Assembly: GCA_965178125.1 (NCBI GenBank)
Contig: OZ237754.1
Coordinates: 992,001 to 1,056,000, forward strand
Length of the DNA: 64,000 nucleotides
Origin: Bilabrum cf. latius
Taxonomy: Eukaryota
Direction of reading: 5' to 3'
Every line of letters begins with the position of its first letter. Position 1 is the first letter of the stretch. Below are positions 61,953-64,000 of this stretch, in pieces. The notes below the pieces were generated by a model that worked only from the letters and a program-made list of their open reading frames with translations, made no database searches and was not told the DNA's origin. The position numbers and the translations under genes were made by a program.

Positions 61953-63116
61953 TCACTGCAGGGCCCCGAACCCCACGGTTCGAGACGCGTCCCCGGGCCC
62001 GATCTCCTGGGACACAAACACCCAGTCCAGGTCCCCGTTCTCATCGAGTACTACGCGGGGCCTCTCGTTGTTCGCGGACGGGTGTGGCGGCCCGATGAGC
62101 TTGGAGGACCACCCCCACTGCAGCCCGTCGGGGGACCACCCGTGCGTCAGGTCGGGGGCCGAGTGCAGCAGCAGGTGGAACCCTCGCCTGCCGCGGTACA
62201 GCACGGGGTCCTCCGTGAGCACCTTGCCATTGCCCACGGGGACAGAGCCGTTCACGCCGGCGAGAGGCACCCAGCTGTAGCCCTCGCTCCAGTGCTGCGC
62301 TCGGTACAGGAAGATGTTGTGGTACACCTGCCTGGTGCCGTTGGGGAAGCGGCCCGCGTCCTTGCCCCGGGCCACCATCAGCGTGGTGCCGTTGGGGAAC
62401 ACGTACGGGGCTGGGTTGCTGGTGCCTGCATCAAATGGTAGTTTCTTTGTGGTCACGTTGATGCTGCCCGCGCTGGCCCACGGCCCGTCCAGCGACTTGC
62501 TGTAGTGGATGTGCGTGATAGAGTTGCCGGGGCAGGAGGGGGCGGGCCATCCGGGTGGGGGGCGAATGCCTGTGCAGTTGGGCGTGATGCCTCCTTCGCA
62601 TCCTTGAAAGTACGGGTTGCAAGAGTCGGGGTTGTCCCCTCCTCCGATGTGGTACAGCAGGTGCATCTTGTCGGAAGGACTGTATGTGTAGTATGCGTTG
62701 TGAGCCTGGGTGCCCACGGCCACACCAACCTTCTGATAAGGGCCTTCAGGTCGATCAGCAACTGTGTGGGCAATCGTTGACATTCTCGCCCATGTGCACA
62801 TGCCACAGCCAGCTGCAATTTCGGTCACATACAAATGGTACTTGGTCCCGTCGTAGACAGGAGGTCCGCCGCCCCAGCTGGACGATTTCGATACACCATG
62901 ACCATAAACGACTTTTGGCGTGTTATCGAGGTTCAATATCTCGCAGGTGTCGCCTGTCCACCCCTTGTCACATTCGCAAGCACCCTGGTCGTTGCAAGCT
63001 CCGTTCAGGCTGCAGTCCATGTCAGTGCTGCATCCAGCGGCAACAACATGTGCTACCAGACTAAACGCTGCAACGACAAAGGCAGCTCCAGCTGGGATGC
63101 CCCCAGTGTTCCGCAT
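61953..63116 (-). CDS. Secreted protein with an EGF-like module and a GH43-like five-bladed beta-propeller
   Basis: Signal peptide; CSTDMDCSLNGAC...CECDKGWTGDTC; SSWGG, YHLYVTE, PEGPY, SNPAP, EDPVLY, NERP. Ends TGA. Confidence 0.75.
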   Translation of the reverse strand: MRNTGGIPAGAAFVVAAFSLVAHVVAAGCSTDMDCSLNGACNDQGACECDKGWTGDTCEILNLDNTPKVVYGHGVSKSSSWGGGPPVYDGTKYHLYVTEIAAGCGMCTWARMSTIAHTVADRPEGPYQKVGVAVGTQAHNAYYTYSPSDKMHLLYHIGGGDNPDSCNPYFQGCEGGITPNCTGIRPPPGWPAPSCPGNSITHIHYSKSLDGPWASAGSINVTTKKLPFDAGTSNPAPYVFPNGTTLMVARGKDAGRFPNGTRQVYHNIFLYRAQHWSEGYSWVPLAGVNGSVPVGNGKVLTEDPVLYRGRRGFHLLLHSAPDLTHGWSPDGLQWGWSSKLIGPPHPSANNERPRVVLDENGDLDWVFVSQEIGPGDASRTVGFGALQ

Positions 63117-63251
63117 GAAGCCAAGTACACTGGTAGTACGGAAGGAGAGGTCCCGTCGCTCGCGATTTCACGAAAACCGGAAACATTTCTTAAAGTACGG
63201 TGCACTTTTACATGCCCGTTTCGCTCCGGGCTTCCAACAAGCGGCTCTACG

Positions 63252-64000
63252 ATGTCGTCTTCTACTGCTACTAAGGTATGGTACTTCATCGTTAGCGTGT
63301 GTTTGGGTTAGCCGGATTAAGGCTGCTAGAGTTCTTTGTGTTAGACACTTCTTGCATCCCACACGCAGGTTGCTGGCTCGCTGCCACTAATGATGTTCGA
63401 TGCCGGCAAGAAAGAAGCTGGGGCCGCATCGATGCGAAAGTTTGCTCGACGGTTGAAGGCGACATGTAGATTAGCGCCGTGAGTTCACGCCCTGTGTCCT
63501 GCGTACGAGCCTGTGGTGCCGTCCGTTGGATTGCAGCTCCGGAAAAGAAATGCCTAAGAGAGCATCACTGTGCATAAGTGCGATTTCTGCATGGCACATT
63601 GTCATTAACCTATACTAATCTGTCGCTCGGCCCGGGGAAGATTAATTGGGAAGGCCAGCAACTTCTCATGTCGCTGCCCACTTTCGCAAATTCTCATCGC
63701 AGCTCGAAGAACGAAATATCCTCTGAGGTTCTCAAAAACGTGTCCGTGTTCGTATTAGCATGCCCTAGGTCAAAGCTTTCGGCTGCAGAAATCTCAAGCT
63801 TGCATGAATTCGTTGGGAGGGGCGGATCGCTGCTGGTCCTGTCTGGCGAAGGCGGTGACAAATCTCACGATACCAACTTGAATGAAATTACGGAGCCGCT
63901 TGGTGTAAAGATCAACTCTGATGTAGTACTTCGTGCCTCATTCCACCAGTTTTTACATCCCAAGGAATGTATCGTCAGCGGAGGAGTGGTGGACGAGGGG
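63252..64000 (+). CDS. IFT52: Intraflagellar transport protein 52, 5' part; exons 63252-63275, 63369-63478, 63703 to window end
   Basis: MFDAGKKE...RKFARRLK; FVLACPRSKLSAAEI..LHEFVGRGGSLLVLSGEGG...TNLNEI.EPLGVKINSDVVLR...FLHPKECIVSGGVV matches the IFT52 GIFT domain. Not present in the supplied ORF track. Confidence 0.9.

Noticed and set aside
1-64000. Mass pseudogenisation or sequencing error as the cause of the internal stops
   Set aside because: Internal stops are essentially all TAG, with no frameshifts, and catalytic motifs of essential genes are intact. Decay would also produce TGA, TAA and indels.
1-64000. Pyrrolysine or selenocysteine-type recoding, or leaky read-through
   Set aside because: TAGs are too numerous (27 in one gene, some adjacent) and fall at ordinary Gln-like positions. 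This fits full reassignment.
1-64000. Suppressor tRNA-Gln(CUA) or an eRF1 gene in the window
   Set aside because: I saw no tRNA cloverleaf with an intact T-loop and no eRF1 motifs by eye. tRNAscan-SE on the whole genome is needed.

Overview
GC-rich, gene-dense nuclear DNA from a flagellated unicellular eukaryote (GT-AG introns, IFT52, Cdc14, ADP/ATP carrier). The exact lineage cannot be determined from this window. The main result is a non-standard nuclear genetic code. By manual count about 75-80 in-frame TAG codons interrupt 13 of the 16 genes, including one inside the catalytic Cys box of a USP deubiquitinase. Genes end in TGA (12 cases) or TAA (2 clear cases, plus the ambiguous left-edge gene). 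Conserved motifs and Gln-rich repeats point to UAG=Gln with UAA/UGA kept as stops, i.e. UAG uncoupled from UAA. Reading TAG as Gln joins the fragmented ORF track into 16 genes. One is a 20.4 kb intronless gene for a ~6,786-aa PKD1/REJ-GPS membrane protein whose ectodomain resembles bacterial adhesins and contains 15 near-identical 411-bp repeats. Also present are a duplicated gene 3' end, a 78-bp tandem duplication and two secreted glycoside-hydrolase-like genes.
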